Source: a virus
Lineage: Duplodnaviria; Caudoviricetes
Length of the DNA stretch: 28,370 nt
Direction: 5' to 3' (one strand)
Virus record (IMG/VR): IMGVR_UViG_3300005827_000044
Span: 1 to 28,370 of that record
The notes under the pieces were generated by a model. It was not told the DNA's origin. It did not search any database and was given only the letters and a program-made list of their open reading frames with translations. Both the position numbers and the translations under genes were made by a program. This document shows, in pieces, positions 1 through 10,024 of the stretch; position 1 is the stretch's first letter; each line of letters opens with the position of its first letter.

Positions 1-1061
1 CTACCTTCTTGTTCGCCAGCTAAATCAGGCTCAATTGAATCCCCATTAAATGCTTCTTGCTCAGGAGCTTCATCTTCCAAATCTTCATCGTCAATTAAGC
101 CGCCTTCAGCATATTTAGAAGCTTTTCCGCCCTTCGGAAGGCTATCGCCCTTGAACATTCCGCCTTCTTTGAAGCCAAACAACTTACCTAATCCAGCTGC
201 TCCACTAATGCCACTCAATATCTGAGACAATGGGCTAGGCGAGAACGCTCCTTCATAAGGAGAAGTTCTCGTAGATGATGTTGTCTGATTAAGAGGCAAG
301 CCACGAATGATGTTAGACAAAAACCCTAATTGCTCCTTGGGATATTCCCGTTGTTGTAAGAAGTCCTGATAAGCCTGGCTTAAATTCTGCTGGGTTTGAC
401 CCTGCTGTTGCTCTCCGGCCCCCGACAACGCCCCAATATCCTGATATGCCTGCGACTGACCTTGTTGCGATAAACCAGCCAATTGCTGACCACCCGTCAA
501 AGCTCGATCACGTTGGATATTATATTGTTGGCGAGCCTCATTAAGCCCTTGCTGGTAAATTCCAGCAAGATTCCCTTGCAATTCGCTACTCACATCACGA
601 ATGGCTCTATTGGTAAAATCAGCATTTCTGGATGATCCAAACTGCCCCGACCCAATAAAGGTGGAGTTAATATTGGGGAGTATGTTTTCCTGAAGATTCC
701 GATTGGTTAATTCAGTGGCGCGATTAGCCACACCTTGAATATAAGGGCTTTCATATTGGCTTAGTTCTTGGCGATTAAAAGGACTTGTCGCATATTGCGT
801 AAGCGCAGTTCCTTGGTTAAACAGGTTCCGATAAGCCCCTTGCTGGTTTCTGATACCCTGAAAAGCGTTTAATTGATCTTGATTAAACCCAGCAACCCGT
901 TGTCCCGGGAATGGACGATAAGGTTCTTGAGCCGTACCGACTGCATTTGTAGCTAATCCACGAATAATATGCTGGATATAAGGGTCATATCCGGTCGTGC
1001 TATCAATCGTGGTGGTAGCGCTCGGAGCCGGTGTGCCTTGCAGAAAATCAGATAATCCCAT
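1..1061 (-). CDS. Putative internal virion / DNA ejection (pilot-like) protein, 3'-truncated by the window edge
   Basis: Not in the ORF track because it runs off the window. ATG at 1061, 3 nt after the upstream stop. Reads MGLSDFLQGTPAPSATTTIDSTTGYDPY...QEPYRPFPGQRVAGFNQDQLNAFQ, is Gln/Gly-rich, and ends ...LFGFKEGGMFKGDSLPKGGKASKYAEGGLIDDED. Lies after the tail genes, where podovirus ejection proteins sit. Confidence 0.7.
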   Translation of the reverse strand, partial: MGLSDFLQGTPAPSATTTIDSTTGYDPYIQHIIRGLATNAVGTAQEPYRPFPGQRVAGFNQDQLNAFQGIRNQQGAYRNLFNQGTALTQYATSPFNRQELSQYESPYIQGVANRATELTNRNLQENILPNINSTFIGSGQFGSSRNADFTNRAIRDVSSELQGNLAGIYQQGLNEARQQYNIQRDRALTGGQQLAGLSQQGQSQAYQDIGALSGAGEQQQGQTQQNLSQAYQDFLQQREYPKEQLGFLSNIIRGLPLNQTTSSTRTSPYEGAFSPSPLSQILSGISGAAGLGKLFGFKEGGMFKGDSLPKGGKASKYAEGGLIDDEDLEDEAPEQEAFNGDSIEPDLAGEQEG

Positions 1062-1063
1062 TC

Positions 1064-3319
1064 TTAATTCCCCAAAAACTTCATTGGATCAGAAATGCTC
1101 TTTGGTAAATGCCCCTTGTTACCGGATTTTTTGCCGCCATTCGTCCTGTAAGACCTGACTTTTCTAACCATTTCATCTAATTGCTTCGATCCCGCATTAC
1201 TTGAACCATTGCCTAAATGCGAAACCACATCCGCAGGAATAACATATTCTCCATCCCCCAATCGGGCATTAACACTATCCGATAACCCATCTCCATCACC
1301 CATCACATAGCCGGGGCCTTCATGAACAGCCCCCCCTTCGGCACGGCTGCGGACTTTTCCTGGATTGGGCTGATTGAAGTAAAGAACCTCTGGATTTTCA
1401 CCAGCATGTAACCAATCCACTGTTGGATAGATTGCATCACGATCAATCACGATATTCGGATCAAATGGCGTATTGTCATAAGCTGGATTAATGCCAGGCG
1501 TTGCCGCTTTAGGCTGTTTAGGCTGCTTTGAGCCAGCTAAGGCCAATAATCCACCGGCCCCGGCTAACAAAGGCAGACCATATCCACCTAAAAGACCGCT
1601 AGAACCCGAAGATTCTTTAGCGGCTTGCCCTGCCCCTTCACCTATAGCCTTAGTCGTTGCTGCGGCTGCTTGCGCAGAACCCCGCCCGCCAAGCAAACTT
1701 GATCCTAAAGATTCCCCATTATTCAAGAAACCAAGTGCGCCGCTAGGGCCAAATAAACCAGCCCCACCATTATCAGATAATCCCAAAGCATTTGAAGCAA
1801 TCCCCGTTCCTAAACCAGTCAATAAAGCCGTAGGCAAGCTATTGCCTAATAGCTTTGATGAAACGCCACCAGCTAATCCACCTAAAATATCCGAGCCAGT
1901 CAGGTAAGAAGTCCCCGCCCCAATAGCTACCGGAAGCACCTTCTTGCCTATCTTCTTTACACTTTTGAAAAACCCAAATTCATCTAAACCTGTATCTGGA
2001 TTGCCTTCTTGTGGGAAACCCACAATATACTCATCTGGATCAATGCCATCTTGCCGCATTTCACTGAAAATAGCCTGCGTCAATTCAGGGTTTGATTGCA
2101 AAAACTCTGGCGGCAAAACCAATTCACCCGGCGTCACGTGAGCCAAATCACTATCGGCCCCTCGACCATGCTCAGCTAATTCCTCATACGGGCTTTCAGA
2201 TGATTCATGATAAGGGCTTTCCCCACCATAAGGATTTTCAAAAGATTCATCCGGTAGCTCGGTGGGAACATTATAAGGGCTTACTTCCGCATAAGCATCT
2301 TCGGCTTTTACCTGACCTCCTTTAGCGAAGGCGGTGCTGTGCCCCCCACCGCCCTTGGACGTATCGCGCTCCCTGGCTCTATTGCCTTGATCCGATCTGT
2401 TTCCGCCACGGTCTCGATCTGAGCCACCACCGGATTGAGGTGCGCCAGCCCGCGTCGCCCGATCTTCCTGAATGCGACCTGTTGCTATGTCGTCTGATAT
2501 AGAGCGTGCCGCATTCGTTTGTGCCCTAGCTGCTCTATTAGCTCTAGCTTGGCGAATGGCATTCCTATAATTTTGTCGCCCAACCTCACCTGCCCCATAA
2601 TACCCGGAAGCTGCGCCAGATTCATCAACAACGCCAATGTCTCCGCCTAATGAGCGCAAATCAAACACATCGCCAGTGCCATTTTGAATGGTTTCTCTAA
2701 GATTGTTTGCAAAATTTCGCCCTAATGTATTTCCCAAAAATGTAGCTCCGGGGATTGCGGCCGAAAATGCAGCCAATGGGCCAAAATTGGTGGCTACACC
2801 GCCAAAACCAGGAATATTAATCGTCTTTGTGTCGTAGAAATTTTTGTCAAATACACTTCGCGCTATATTGCTTCCAATTGCGCCGCCCGGCCCAAAGCCG
2901 CCAGCTATTCCACTAGCAATCCCTCCCAACCCTAAACCGCCGCCGCCCGCATACGGATCATTTAATGGCCCTCTATAATCTATTTCCCTAATTGGGCCTC
3001 CACCTCGGCCTTCTCTATCTGCGTCTCCACTTCTCCCACCGCCCAGTCTGCCGAGAAGGGTTGAAATCCCCGCGGCACTAGGAGCGGATGGTTTGACGGA
3101 GGAAGGATTAGGCGAAGGCGTTGGAATGCCAGATGAATTAGTAGCAGGCGCTCCTGGCGTTTGCCCTTGCGGGCCATACAAATAATCATACCAATTAAAT
3201 TCAGGCCCATAGCCGTAGTCGGGGAAAGGCAAGCCTGTATATGGATTAATCTGCCTAGTTACATTAGGAGCTATAACCGCTCCACCTGTGGCGTAATGTC
3301 GCTTATAAATCTTACCCAT
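1064..3319 (-). CDS. Putative internal virion / ejection protein, Gly-rich and modular (751 aa)
   Basis: Gly/Ala-rich hydrophobic stretches. Motifs YATGG, FAKGG, RAEGG, DSDLAHVTPGELVLP, NPDTGLDEF and SDSVNARLGDGEYVIPADVV. Position downstream of the nozzle-like gene. Confidence 0.7.
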   Translation of the reverse strand: MGKIYKRHYATGGAVIAPNVTRQINPYTGLPFPDYGYGPEFNWYDYLYGPQGQTPGAPATNSSGIPTPSPNPSSVKPSAPSAAGISTLLGRLGGGRSGDADREGRGGGPIREIDYRGPLNDPYAGGGGLGLGGIASGIAGGFGPGGAIGSNIARSVFDKNFYDTKTINIPGFGGVATNFGPLAAFSAAIPGATFLGNTLGRNFANNLRETIQNGTGDVFDLRSLGGDIGVVDESGAASGYYGAGEVGRQNYRNAIRQARANRAARAQTNAARSISDDIATGRIQEDRATRAGAPQSGGGSDRDRGGNRSDQGNRARERDTSKGGGGHSTAFAKGGQVKAEDAYAEVSPYNVPTELPDESFENPYGGESPYHESSESPYEELAEHGRGADSDLAHVTPGELVLPPEFLQSNPELTQAIFSEMRQDGIDPDEYIVGFPQEGNPDTGLDEFGFFKSVKKIGKKVLPVAIGAGTSYLTGSDILGGLAGGVSSKLLGNSLPTALLTGLGTGIASNALGLSDNGGAGLFGPSGALGFLNNGESLGSSLLGGRGSAQAAAATTKAIGEGAGQAAKESSGSSGLLGGYGLPLLAGAGGLLALAGSKQPKQPKAATPGINPAYDNTPFDPNIVIDRDAIYPTVDWLHAGENPEVLYFNQPNPGKVRSRAEGGAVHEGPGYVMGDGDGLSDSVNARLGDGEYVIPADVVSHLGNGSSNAGSKQLDEMVRKVRSYRTNGGKKSGNKGHLPKSISDPMKFLGN

Positions 3320-3530
3320 TGCTTACCTGTCTCGCTCTTAAAGCCCAATCCAACCAATCCGCATAGCCTTTAGGATCAGGAATATTTGCATCTAACTGCC
3401 TCAATCTCTGACCCCAATCTTGCCAATTTGTTCTATCTGTAGTTACAAGCACACCCATATTATCATTATATACTACACTAGACCAGTGTAAAAATGTGAA
3501 ATATCTAGGGTCTGGTAGGTTTAGAGCCAT
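3312..3530 (-). CDS. Small phage virion-module protein (72 aa, Trp-rich)
   Basis: Overlaps both neighbours. Internal repeat LPDPRYF / IPDPKGY and WQDWG / WLDWA. Confidence 0.75.
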   Translation of the reverse strand: MALNLPDPRYFTFLHWSSVVYNDNMGVLVTTDRTNWQDWGQRLRQLDANIPDPKGYADWLDWALRARQVSNG

Positions 3531-5446
3531 TATCTTCTCCCGTCTGTGGGTTCCATTTCAAACATGATTTCCCCTTGCTGATAATCCCCGCCGATCTCAT
3601 TGCTTTCAAACCTTACGATCAAAAGGGGCGCGTTGACTTTCATGTCTATTTTGTCTGTTTGATTATCAAAAGGCTGCGAATCCACCTCAATAAGTGGGCT
3701 ATTTGGATAACGCTTAGTCATTGTGGTTACAGTCATATTTCCGGCTAATAAGAAATCAGGCTCAATACGATTAAGCTGTATATTGGAATTTGCCCCATTC
3801 CAGCCGCTTTGAAACGGCCCTTCTCGCGTAAAAGATATAAAAGGAGTTTCAAAATATGACTGAATAGCTTCCGCCTGATTCCCAATTATAGCATCTACAC
3901 CTGATTCATGTAAAAACACCGAAGCACCACCTGACATAAAATACACTTCTACAATGTTAAATGGTGGGGTTCCGCCTGTAAATTCTCTCACACGCCATGC
4001 TCTATGTGCGCCTACACTATCGAATGTTATAATATTATTGGTATTTGCTATATAATTGACAAAGGTTAATTGAGCATAAGCCATATTCCAATTTATTAAA
4101 TCGTCGCTATATTCAAAAGCCAATCTGTGTAGATCGGTAACATCAACTCTAATTCTTATTTGAGTTATTTCTTTTTGCGTATTAACGCCATAATCATAAG
4201 TAATTGTACTGCCAGATGTCATTAAACACGATGTCGAGAAATCCCCATCAAAGGCATTAGCGGCTACGCCGGAAGATGAATAAGCTGTACCATTAAGCTC
4301 TCGAACTAAATTGGTTGAAGGTTCAGCCCCAACCCATATCGGTCTATCAAAGACCTGGGCGAAATATCCGCTTGATCTTGCTATTCTCGTATCGTACCAG
4401 CAATTCTCCCGAACATTATAAATGATTGCCGCGTTGCATTCTATAGAATCCCCAAACGGGAAATGCCACCATATTTCCCCATATCTAGGAACCTTTGTCG
4501 CCCAAACCTTTTGGCGATAAGCCATGTTCAAATTGTCAAAAAACCAATTGATACTTACATTATTTGGAAGCTCTTGCACAACGCCATTGAATAGCAAGAA
4601 TCGATCAACCCCAACCCAATAGTAAATTGAGTCATACTCAATAACACACTGAGAGGACATAATAGAGCTTTGACCGGAGGCCGTCTGGAAAGAAAAAACC
4701 GTTTCACCACCTGTAAATTCAGCAACTATCACAGAATCCAGCGACCAAAAAATAGCGCCCGGCCCCGATCTGCCACTTCTTGCGGCCAACCCTTTTACAA
4801 TCTTTTGCCGTGCAACTCTAGCACGACCGGCTTGATTTCCAATAACGGGTGTCCATGTGGCAGGTTCATTAGGACTACACCACGCAACAAATCCATCCGA
4901 ACCATAAGCAAAGCAAAAAGGTGGACTAACACAAATTCCCCCTGAAACAGGTGGCGCGCCCGTGTCTATCAAAGGAGTATTAGCGAGAGCATTGCCGTAA
5001 TAAACAGGTGTCGCCTCCGAAGAATCTATGGCGCGTAGATTAGGAGCCGCGTGAGCCATTATAGCTGTTTCCCCACTGCCCGCCGCTGCGTCTGGAAACC
5101 CATCCATTTGCCACATATTATAGCTATTGGCTATAAACCCGGCTGGGGTTCTGTCTCCAATTCCACCCCCCATACCAGCTTGATCTATATCCGTATATTG
5201 CAGAACGGAATCAGACCCCATGTAAATTCTGATAGAGCCATCTTCAGTATGAACAAAAGTCCCTCGAATCGGCCAATTAGCGGATTGTGTGATGCTCTTG
5301 TAGCCACCCATTTTGCGCCATTTACCCCTTTGAACCCTAGCGTGCTGAGCATCATTGGAATATGAGCCTTCAATAGCTGTCCCGTCCCTTTTGAGGCCGC
5401 GCTCCATAATTAATGGAAAATATATCTTATCTCCAGCTCTTGGCAT
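3530..5446 (-). CDS. Tail nozzle / packaged-DNA stabilisation protein (P22 gp10 / T7 gp12-like role) with inserted discoidin-like domain
   Basis: 638 aa and beta-rich. Segments YYWVGVDRFLLFNGVVQELP, YGEIWWHFP and RIEPDF resemble this family. Insert at about 3935-4292 (NAFDGDFST...EYSDD...WRVR). Confidence 0.7.
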   Translation of the reverse strand: MPRAGDKIYFPLIMERGLKRDGTAIEGSYSNDAQHARVQRGKWRKMGGYKSITQSANWPIRGTFVHTEDGSIRIYMGSDSVLQYTDIDQAGMGGGIGDRTPAGFIANSYNMWQMDGFPDAAAGSGETAIMAHAAPNLRAIDSSEATPVYYGNALANTPLIDTGAPPVSGGICVSPPFCFAYGSDGFVAWCSPNEPATWTPVIGNQAGRARVARQKIVKGLAARSGRSGPGAIFWSLDSVIVAEFTGGETVFSFQTASGQSSIMSSQCVIEYDSIYYWVGVDRFLLFNGVVQELPNNVSINWFFDNLNMAYRQKVWATKVPRYGEIWWHFPFGDSIECNAAIIYNVRENCWYDTRIARSSGYFAQVFDRPIWVGAEPSTNLVRELNGTAYSSSGVAANAFDGDFSTSCLMTSGSTITYDYGVNTQKEITQIRIRVDVTDLHRLAFEYSDDLINWNMAYAQLTFVNYIANTNNIITFDSVGAHRAWRVREFTGGTPPFNIVEVYFMSGGASVFLHESGVDAIIGNQAEAIQSYFETPFISFTREGPFQSGWNGANSNIQLNRIEPDFLLAGNMTVTTMTKRYPNSPLIEVDSQPFDNQTDKIDMKVNAPLLIVRFESNEIGGDYQQGEIMFEMEPTDGRR

Positions 5447-6690
5447 TAACGCAACAACCCTAAAACAAGCATGTCCATATTGTCATATAACAATGCAGAA
5501 TTAACAGATGATATTCCTTGAGCTGTAACCGCTCCACGCTGTACTCCAGATACCGTAAAATTAACACTTCCTGCCGAATGATAGATTCCGTCTGTAGGCG
5601 ACCCCGTAAAACTTATGGGAGGCGATGCCGCCGTGCCATCTGCAAATGTCCCTGTTACGGTCGGAATAACCGTATCAGCATCTACAATGTCAGTTCCGTT
5701 ATTATAGACCCATACCGTCTGTCCTTGCGGAATCGGCACGCCGACACCACTTGCCGTTCTAGCCGTTAATCCAAAAGCCCCGGTCGTATTATTCCGCAGA
5801 ATATATGGCGCGAATATAGCCGGGAAGATTACACTGATATTGCCCGTGAGGACTCCAGTAAACGTGATGGCAAAATTATTAGCCTCTAAAGAGGTAAGTG
5901 TTACGTTTACATTGCCGCCAACATTACGTGTCAATTGCTCGAAAGAAAACGTAGTAGCTCTACTTAACCCAACAGTAAACCATCTGGTTGGGCTTTGGGA
6001 GAATACGAATACAGATTCGCCAGGGACAAGGGCCAAAGACAATTGACCGTCTATCGTATGTCCAAACGAAGAAAATAAAGTCAATTCCGCCGTGCCGCTA
6101 TTATGGACTCCGACCATATATCCAGTTCCGACGTTAGCTGCGCCAATGTCCGGTAAAAAGACGACACCAGTACCACCTGTCCAGTTATATATATTTCCTC
6201 TGTTCGCGGCGGTTAAGTTGGTATTGGTATTTATAGTTAGAACCGGATAATTTGAATTGAGAGTTGAGCCTATAGCCAATAAACCACTTCCAGCCAAAGC
6301 CGCTGCATTCGCGCTTGATGTTGCCGCGCCAAATTGAACGCTATTCCATGTACCAGCCGAAGTAGAATTATCTGTAATATATAAAAACCATGCTTGACCA
6401 GATGCAATTACAGTAATAGCCGTACTGCCAAAGCGATTAATCGTAATGCTATTTAAGCCCACATTTCTAATTAAAAGCGGGCTAGGCAAACTTGTTTCAT
6501 TGGCTGGCGGCACAAATACAGTTAATCCACCTACCGTTGCCGTAATCTCAATTATTTGTACCGCAGGCGTTGTTGTTCCACCATTAACTTCCGGCCAGTC
6601 AAGCTGCAAATCCGCAGATATATTATAACTAATATATCCTTCATCTGTGGATTGTATTGGCGTTCCGCCAAAGACTTGCGTATAAGCCAT
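5446..6690 (-). CDS. Tail structural protein (fibre/spike-associated)
   Basis: 414 aa, Thr/Gly/Asn-rich repeated beta modules, C-terminal DGTAASPPISF...DGIY fibre-type motif. Lies between adaptor and nozzle genes. Confidence 0.65.
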   Translation of the reverse strand: MAYTQVFGGTPIQSTDEGYISYNISADLQLDWPEVNGGTTTPAVQIIEITATVGGLTVFVPPANETSLPSPLLIRNVGLNSITINRFGSTAITVIASGQAWFLYITDNSTSAGTWNSVQFGAATSSANAAALAGSGLLAIGSTLNSNYPVLTINTNTNLTAANRGNIYNWTGGTGVVFLPDIGAANVGTGYMVGVHNSGTAELTLFSSFGHTIDGQLSLALVPGESVFVFSQSPTRWFTVGLSRATTFSFEQLTRNVGGNVNVTLTSLEANNFAITFTGVLTGNISVIFPAIFAPYILRNNTTGAFGLTARTASGVGVPIPQGQTVWVYNNGTDIVDADTVIPTVTGTFADGTAASPPISFTGSPTDGIYHSAGSVNFTVSGVQRGAVTAQGISSVNSALLYDNMDMLVLGLLR

Positions 6691-6692
6691 AG

Positions 6693-7361
6693 TTAAACCT
6701 CGTGTTGCTGCGAATTATCAATCTGCCTTTTTTGCTGCTCTTGCAAAGCGCTTCCCAATGCAGCGCTATACATTTGCTGCCATGTCGCAATCCGGGCATC
6801 ATCTTTTAGGAATGATGCTGTTTCCAAAAGGCAGGCATAAAGCAATAAATCAGGATAATTCTGCGTGTATAAATTTGTCTGACTTTCCTCCGAAAGAGGA
6901 TTTATTTTCTCATAATAAAGAATCTCAACAGGATAATCGGCGTCTGGCGTCGGGCAGACAATCCAGTGATTGAAATCATAATCTGCATAATACAATGGGA
7001 TGCCGACTTGTGTTGGCTGCGGCCAGTAAGTCCTTACAGTCTCATAAGAACGATAATAAAGGCTTTGGAATTTATCAAAAGTGTTTGGAAACAATATAGG
7101 ATCTGTTCTTATAGATATATTAAAGCTTATCGTCTCACGCCACCTTTCCGGCTTGGAAAGCAATGGATTACTTGAAATTAAATTGGCAATCACCGGAATC
7201 TTTGTCGGCAAAATTTTTGCTTCTCTGGCCAGCCTATTCTCGGCCAGCATGATAAACCTAGGAATCTGTGGATAGACAACAGTATCAAATATCTCGCCTC
7301 GATCAAGATATCGACGGATATCCTCGATCAAAGAGGAATATGTCATTGTCTCGATAGGCAT
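6693..7361 (-). CDS. Head-tail adaptor / tail tubular protein
   Basis: MTYSSL...I..YL, IPRFIMLAENRL, PTPDADYPVEILYY and YPDLLLYACLLE match the podovirus adaptor pattern. Confidence 0.75.
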   Translation of the reverse strand: MPIETMTYSSLIEDIRRYLDRGEIFDTVVYPQIPRFIMLAENRLAREAKILPTKIPVIANLISSNPLLSKPERWRETISFNISIRTDPILFPNTFDKFQSLYYRSYETVRTYWPQPTQVGIPLYYADYDFNHWIVCPTPDADYPVEILYYEKINPLSEESQTNLYTQNYPDLLLYACLLETASFLKDDARIATWQQMYSAALGSALQEQQKRQIDNSQQHEV

Positions 7362-7768
7362 TATAACCCCATTACCATTCTAATGTACTTGAATAAATCA
7401 GGTGAAATTGCAAAAATCGCTATTCCGATTATAAACAATAACATCTTAGAAATTATTTTCAAATTTGCCGCATATTCGGCAACAGGCTCAAATCTTTGTA
7501 TAACCTGATTCGACATATCAAGCATGTTGGATAAATATTCAATTTTGCCATTTATAGAATCATTAAACTTTTTTATAGAACATATTTCTATCGTCAAACC
7601 TTCTATGGCTTTACCAACCTTTGCTAACGTGCAGTCTGTTTCTTTAAGGCTGTCATTTAATTTTTCAAGAGAATCATCAAGCTTATCAAGCCTTATGCCT
7701 AGGTAGCGATTCTCTGCTTTCATTTCGGTTATTGAGGTACTTAAATTTAGATAGCTACCGTTCTCCAT
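7361..7768 (-). CDS. Coiled-coil protein with C-terminal transmembrane helix (possible holin/lysis accessory)
   Basis: Start moved to ATG 7768 (GGAG RBS upstream). Heptad pattern LDKLDDSLEKLNDSLKE followed by hydrophobic MLLFIIGIAIFAI. Confidence 0.55.
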   Translation of the reverse strand: MENGSYLNLSTSITEMKAENRYLGIRLDKLDDSLEKLNDSLKETDCTLAKVGKAIEGLTIEICSIKKFNDSINGKIEYLSNMLDMSNQVIQRFEPVAEYAANLKIISKMLLFIIGIAIFAISPDLFKYIRMVMGL

Positions 7769-7769
7769 A

Positions 7770-8324
7770 TTAAGCACTCCAGCCGCTTGAAATATCATAA
7801 TCCTCTACGGCTTCTAGCGAAGTTAGGGCATGAATCGCCTGTTTGTGTACCCTATAATTATCTATGCAATGCTTAACAATGCCGCGTGCCCATATTCCGA
7901 AATTTACCATTTTCTCTGGAGTTTCAATCGGCCCAAAAGTCCCATCGTTCATAGGCCATGTTTCGGTTTCTCCCCAAACGGTATCCCCTAAAATAGCTAA
8001 ACGAGCCAACAAAGAATTGCCTGTAATCCTATTTTGCTGCTGATCGCTAAGAAGAACGGTTTTACCACCAAATAAAGGACATGGATAATTAGAAAGAACC
8101 ACCCCCATTTGATTATCCAAATCTTTAATCTTTACAGCTTTCTTCTCAATAAGAAGCTCGGCATCGGTTTTATACGGTAAGGGGACATACCCGTCACTTA
8201 ATAACTTAGATATTTCGGCATCTTCAATAGATCGGCTCTCATAGCCAATAACTTCATCGCTTCCATCCAATATTTGACGACCAACAATGGTTTTATCTTC
8301 GTTAAGGTATTTCCACTCGCTCAT
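7770..8324 (-). CDS. Tail fibre assembly chaperone-like protein (DUF4376-like)
   Basis: Directly follows the fibre gene. KKAVKIKDL...W.M.D...HKQAIHALTSLEAVEDYDISSGW is a typical chaperone C-terminus. Confidence 0.65.
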   Translation of the reverse strand: MSEWKYLNEDKTIVGRQILDGSDEVIGYESRSIEDAEISKLLSDGYVPLPYKTDAELLIEKKAVKIKDLDNQMGVVLSNYPCPLFGGKTVLLSDQQQNRITGNSLLARLAILGDTVWGETETWPMNDGTFGPIETPEKMVNFGIWARGIVKHCIDNYRVHKQAIHALTSLEAVEDYDISSGWSA

Positions 8325-9436
8325 AATTCAGCCCCCGTGAAATATATTGTGGCATTTGCCGCATTCGAGCTAAGAATGGTCGGCGCTCCAGCCGCAAAAG
8401 CTCCGGCAGCAGTAAATTGTAACAAAGCCCCATCTTGCCCCCCGGCGTTAAAAGTAAGTGTCGTCAATGCTTGCGATAAGGCCGTAGTAGCAACCGTGAA
8501 CTGACTTGCGGCAGAAACGACAACTCCAGTTACAGGAGACCTAACCCTTGGAAATCTTATTGCAACAAATCCAGTGGTTGTATTTTGCAAATAGCCAACA
8601 GCTATAACATTGTTAGCTGCTGTTGACGATATTGCGGGTAAATAATATTCGCATAAAGCTAGTTCCGTGGCAGTTGGGCGAACTTCAAACGGCATAGACC
8701 CCTGCCCCGGCATTAATGATAAATTCCACAACTGGAACCCATTACCAGTGGTAACTTGAGTCGTGGACCATACAAAAACAATAACACTATTTCTCGCTCC
8801 GCCGACGCCCGGTGATGAGGGGAATGCAGTAATAACGTTTGGCCCAACCGGAGTTATTTCTCCAGTAGCTTGTACCGTTACATTGTTTGTGAAGAAATTC
8901 CCTGGGGTATAATTCGTGCTGGCCCAATTATTTACTATATCCAGTGTTACCGTATCGATGGCCCCTGTCCATAATAACACGGCATATCTCAATGTAATGC
9001 CAGCCGTTGTTGTTAAAAAATTACCAGAAAACGTCATAAATTGACCAGCATTAAAATCAAAAATATTAGAAGCTTCTATAACCTGAGCTACCCCAAATCT
9101 TTGAGACCCCGCTATGGCGTTTGTGAATTGTCCCCTGGTTCTTGAAAAACCAGTTGTCGCTAAAATGGTTGTATAATTAATAGCGCCACTTTCCGATAAT
9201 CCATACCACCTATCAAAACCATAGGTTCCATCCGTCATTTGCGTTAGATTGCGTCGATTAATAGCAAATTGCGGATTAATCAATCGATTGCGGAACCCAG
9301 ATAATGAACCAGCACTAGCTCCTATGTTAATTGGATCGCTTAATGTAGCGTTAGTTAGCGTCAAATCAGTCGAACCAGTCCCGCCATCAATCGGCTGTAA
9401 GGGTTGGCCTACAAAGTCTTGAAAAGCACTAGGCAT
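8321..9436 (-). CDS. Tail fibre / receptor-binding protein with carbohydrate-binding-like domain
   Basis: IDGGTG, GFRNRLINPQF.I..R, FDRW and PFEVRP...ELALCEYY motifs are typical of phage fibre tip domains. A chaperone gene follows. Confidence 0.7.
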   Translation of the reverse strand: MPSAFQDFVGQPLQPIDGGTGSTDLTLTNATLSDPINIGASAGSLSGFRNRLINPQFAINRRNLTQMTDGTYGFDRWYGLSESGAINYTTILATTGFSRTRGQFTNAIAGSQRFGVAQVIEASNIFDFNAGQFMTFSGNFLTTTAGITLRYAVLLWTGAIDTVTLDIVNNWASTNYTPGNFFTNNVTVQATGEITPVGPNVITAFPSSPGVGGARNSVIVFVWSTTQVTTGNGFQLWNLSLMPGQGSMPFEVRPTATELALCEYYLPAISSTAANNVIAVGYLQNTTTGFVAIRFPRVRSPVTGVVVSAASQFTVATTALSQALTTLTFNAGGQDGALLQFTAAGAFAAGAPTILSSNAANATIYFTGAEL

Positions 9437-9439
9437 TTC

Positions 9440-9772
9440 CTATACCCCATCTATTACCGAGCAAACCACATCAAGAGATGCTGCCGCCGAAGACACCACT
9501 GATATTGAATCATTTTGCTCTAAAAATAAATTAGGTACTGTGGCTTGGCTCCCAAGGGCCATAGTGGCATTAGCGGGAATACTTATTTGCATCAACCTTC
9601 TCGTAGCTGCCGCTGAATTATCAAAAAATGATACAGTCGCCGTCACAGCTGCTCCTGTAATATTTGATATGTTAAGCAAATTAACCATTGTTCGAGTGGT
9701 TAATGTATTGGTGACAATTGTTACAGGAGCCACCCCTACTTGAAAAGACGTTGTTCTTGCTGAAATTGTCAT
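9440..9772 (-). CDS. Small beta-rich virion protein
   Basis: 110 aa with ISNIT, IPANAT, LFLEQNDSI and LDVVCS. Inside the tail operon with tight spacing. Confidence 0.65.
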   Translation of the reverse strand: MTISARTTSFQVGVAPVTIVTNTLTTRTMVNLLNISNITGAAVTATVSFFDNSAAATRRLMQISIPANATMALGSQATVPNLFLEQNDSISVVSSAAASLDVVCSVIDGV

Positions 9773-9775
9773 GTT

Positions 9776-10024
9776 CTAATCCTCAAAAACCTCTACCCCG
9801 CCAGGCCCAGTCAAGGGAACCTCCGGCCTTGTTAAACGTAAATTCACCCTATCCACTTTTTGTGGAGGCAAACGCCAAGGGTCTTTCACATCATAATCTT
9901 TCTCGCAAACCAATAACCCAGGAGACTGCCCGTCTCGAATAAGCTCATTCAGCTTGTATCTAAACCCACACCGATCACATATTCCCCATGCTATTTCGGG
10001 CGAAGCCCTTCTACCCGTGGACAT
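9776..10024 (-). CDS. CxxC (zinc-finger-like) virion morphogenesis protein
   Basis: ICDRCGFRYKLNEL...GLLVC..DYD...P. Translationally coupled to the adaptor gene. Confidence 0.7.
   Translation of the reverse strand: MSTGRRASPEIAWGICDRCGFRYKLNELIRDGQSPGLLVCEKDYDVKDPWRLPPQKVDRVNLRLTRPEVPLTGPGGVEVFED

Noticed and set aside
1064-3319. Tape measure protein call for the 751-aa ORF
   Set aside because: No tail tube, sheath or tail assembly chaperone genes are visible and the adaptor/nozzle set is podovirus-like, so ejection protein fits better.
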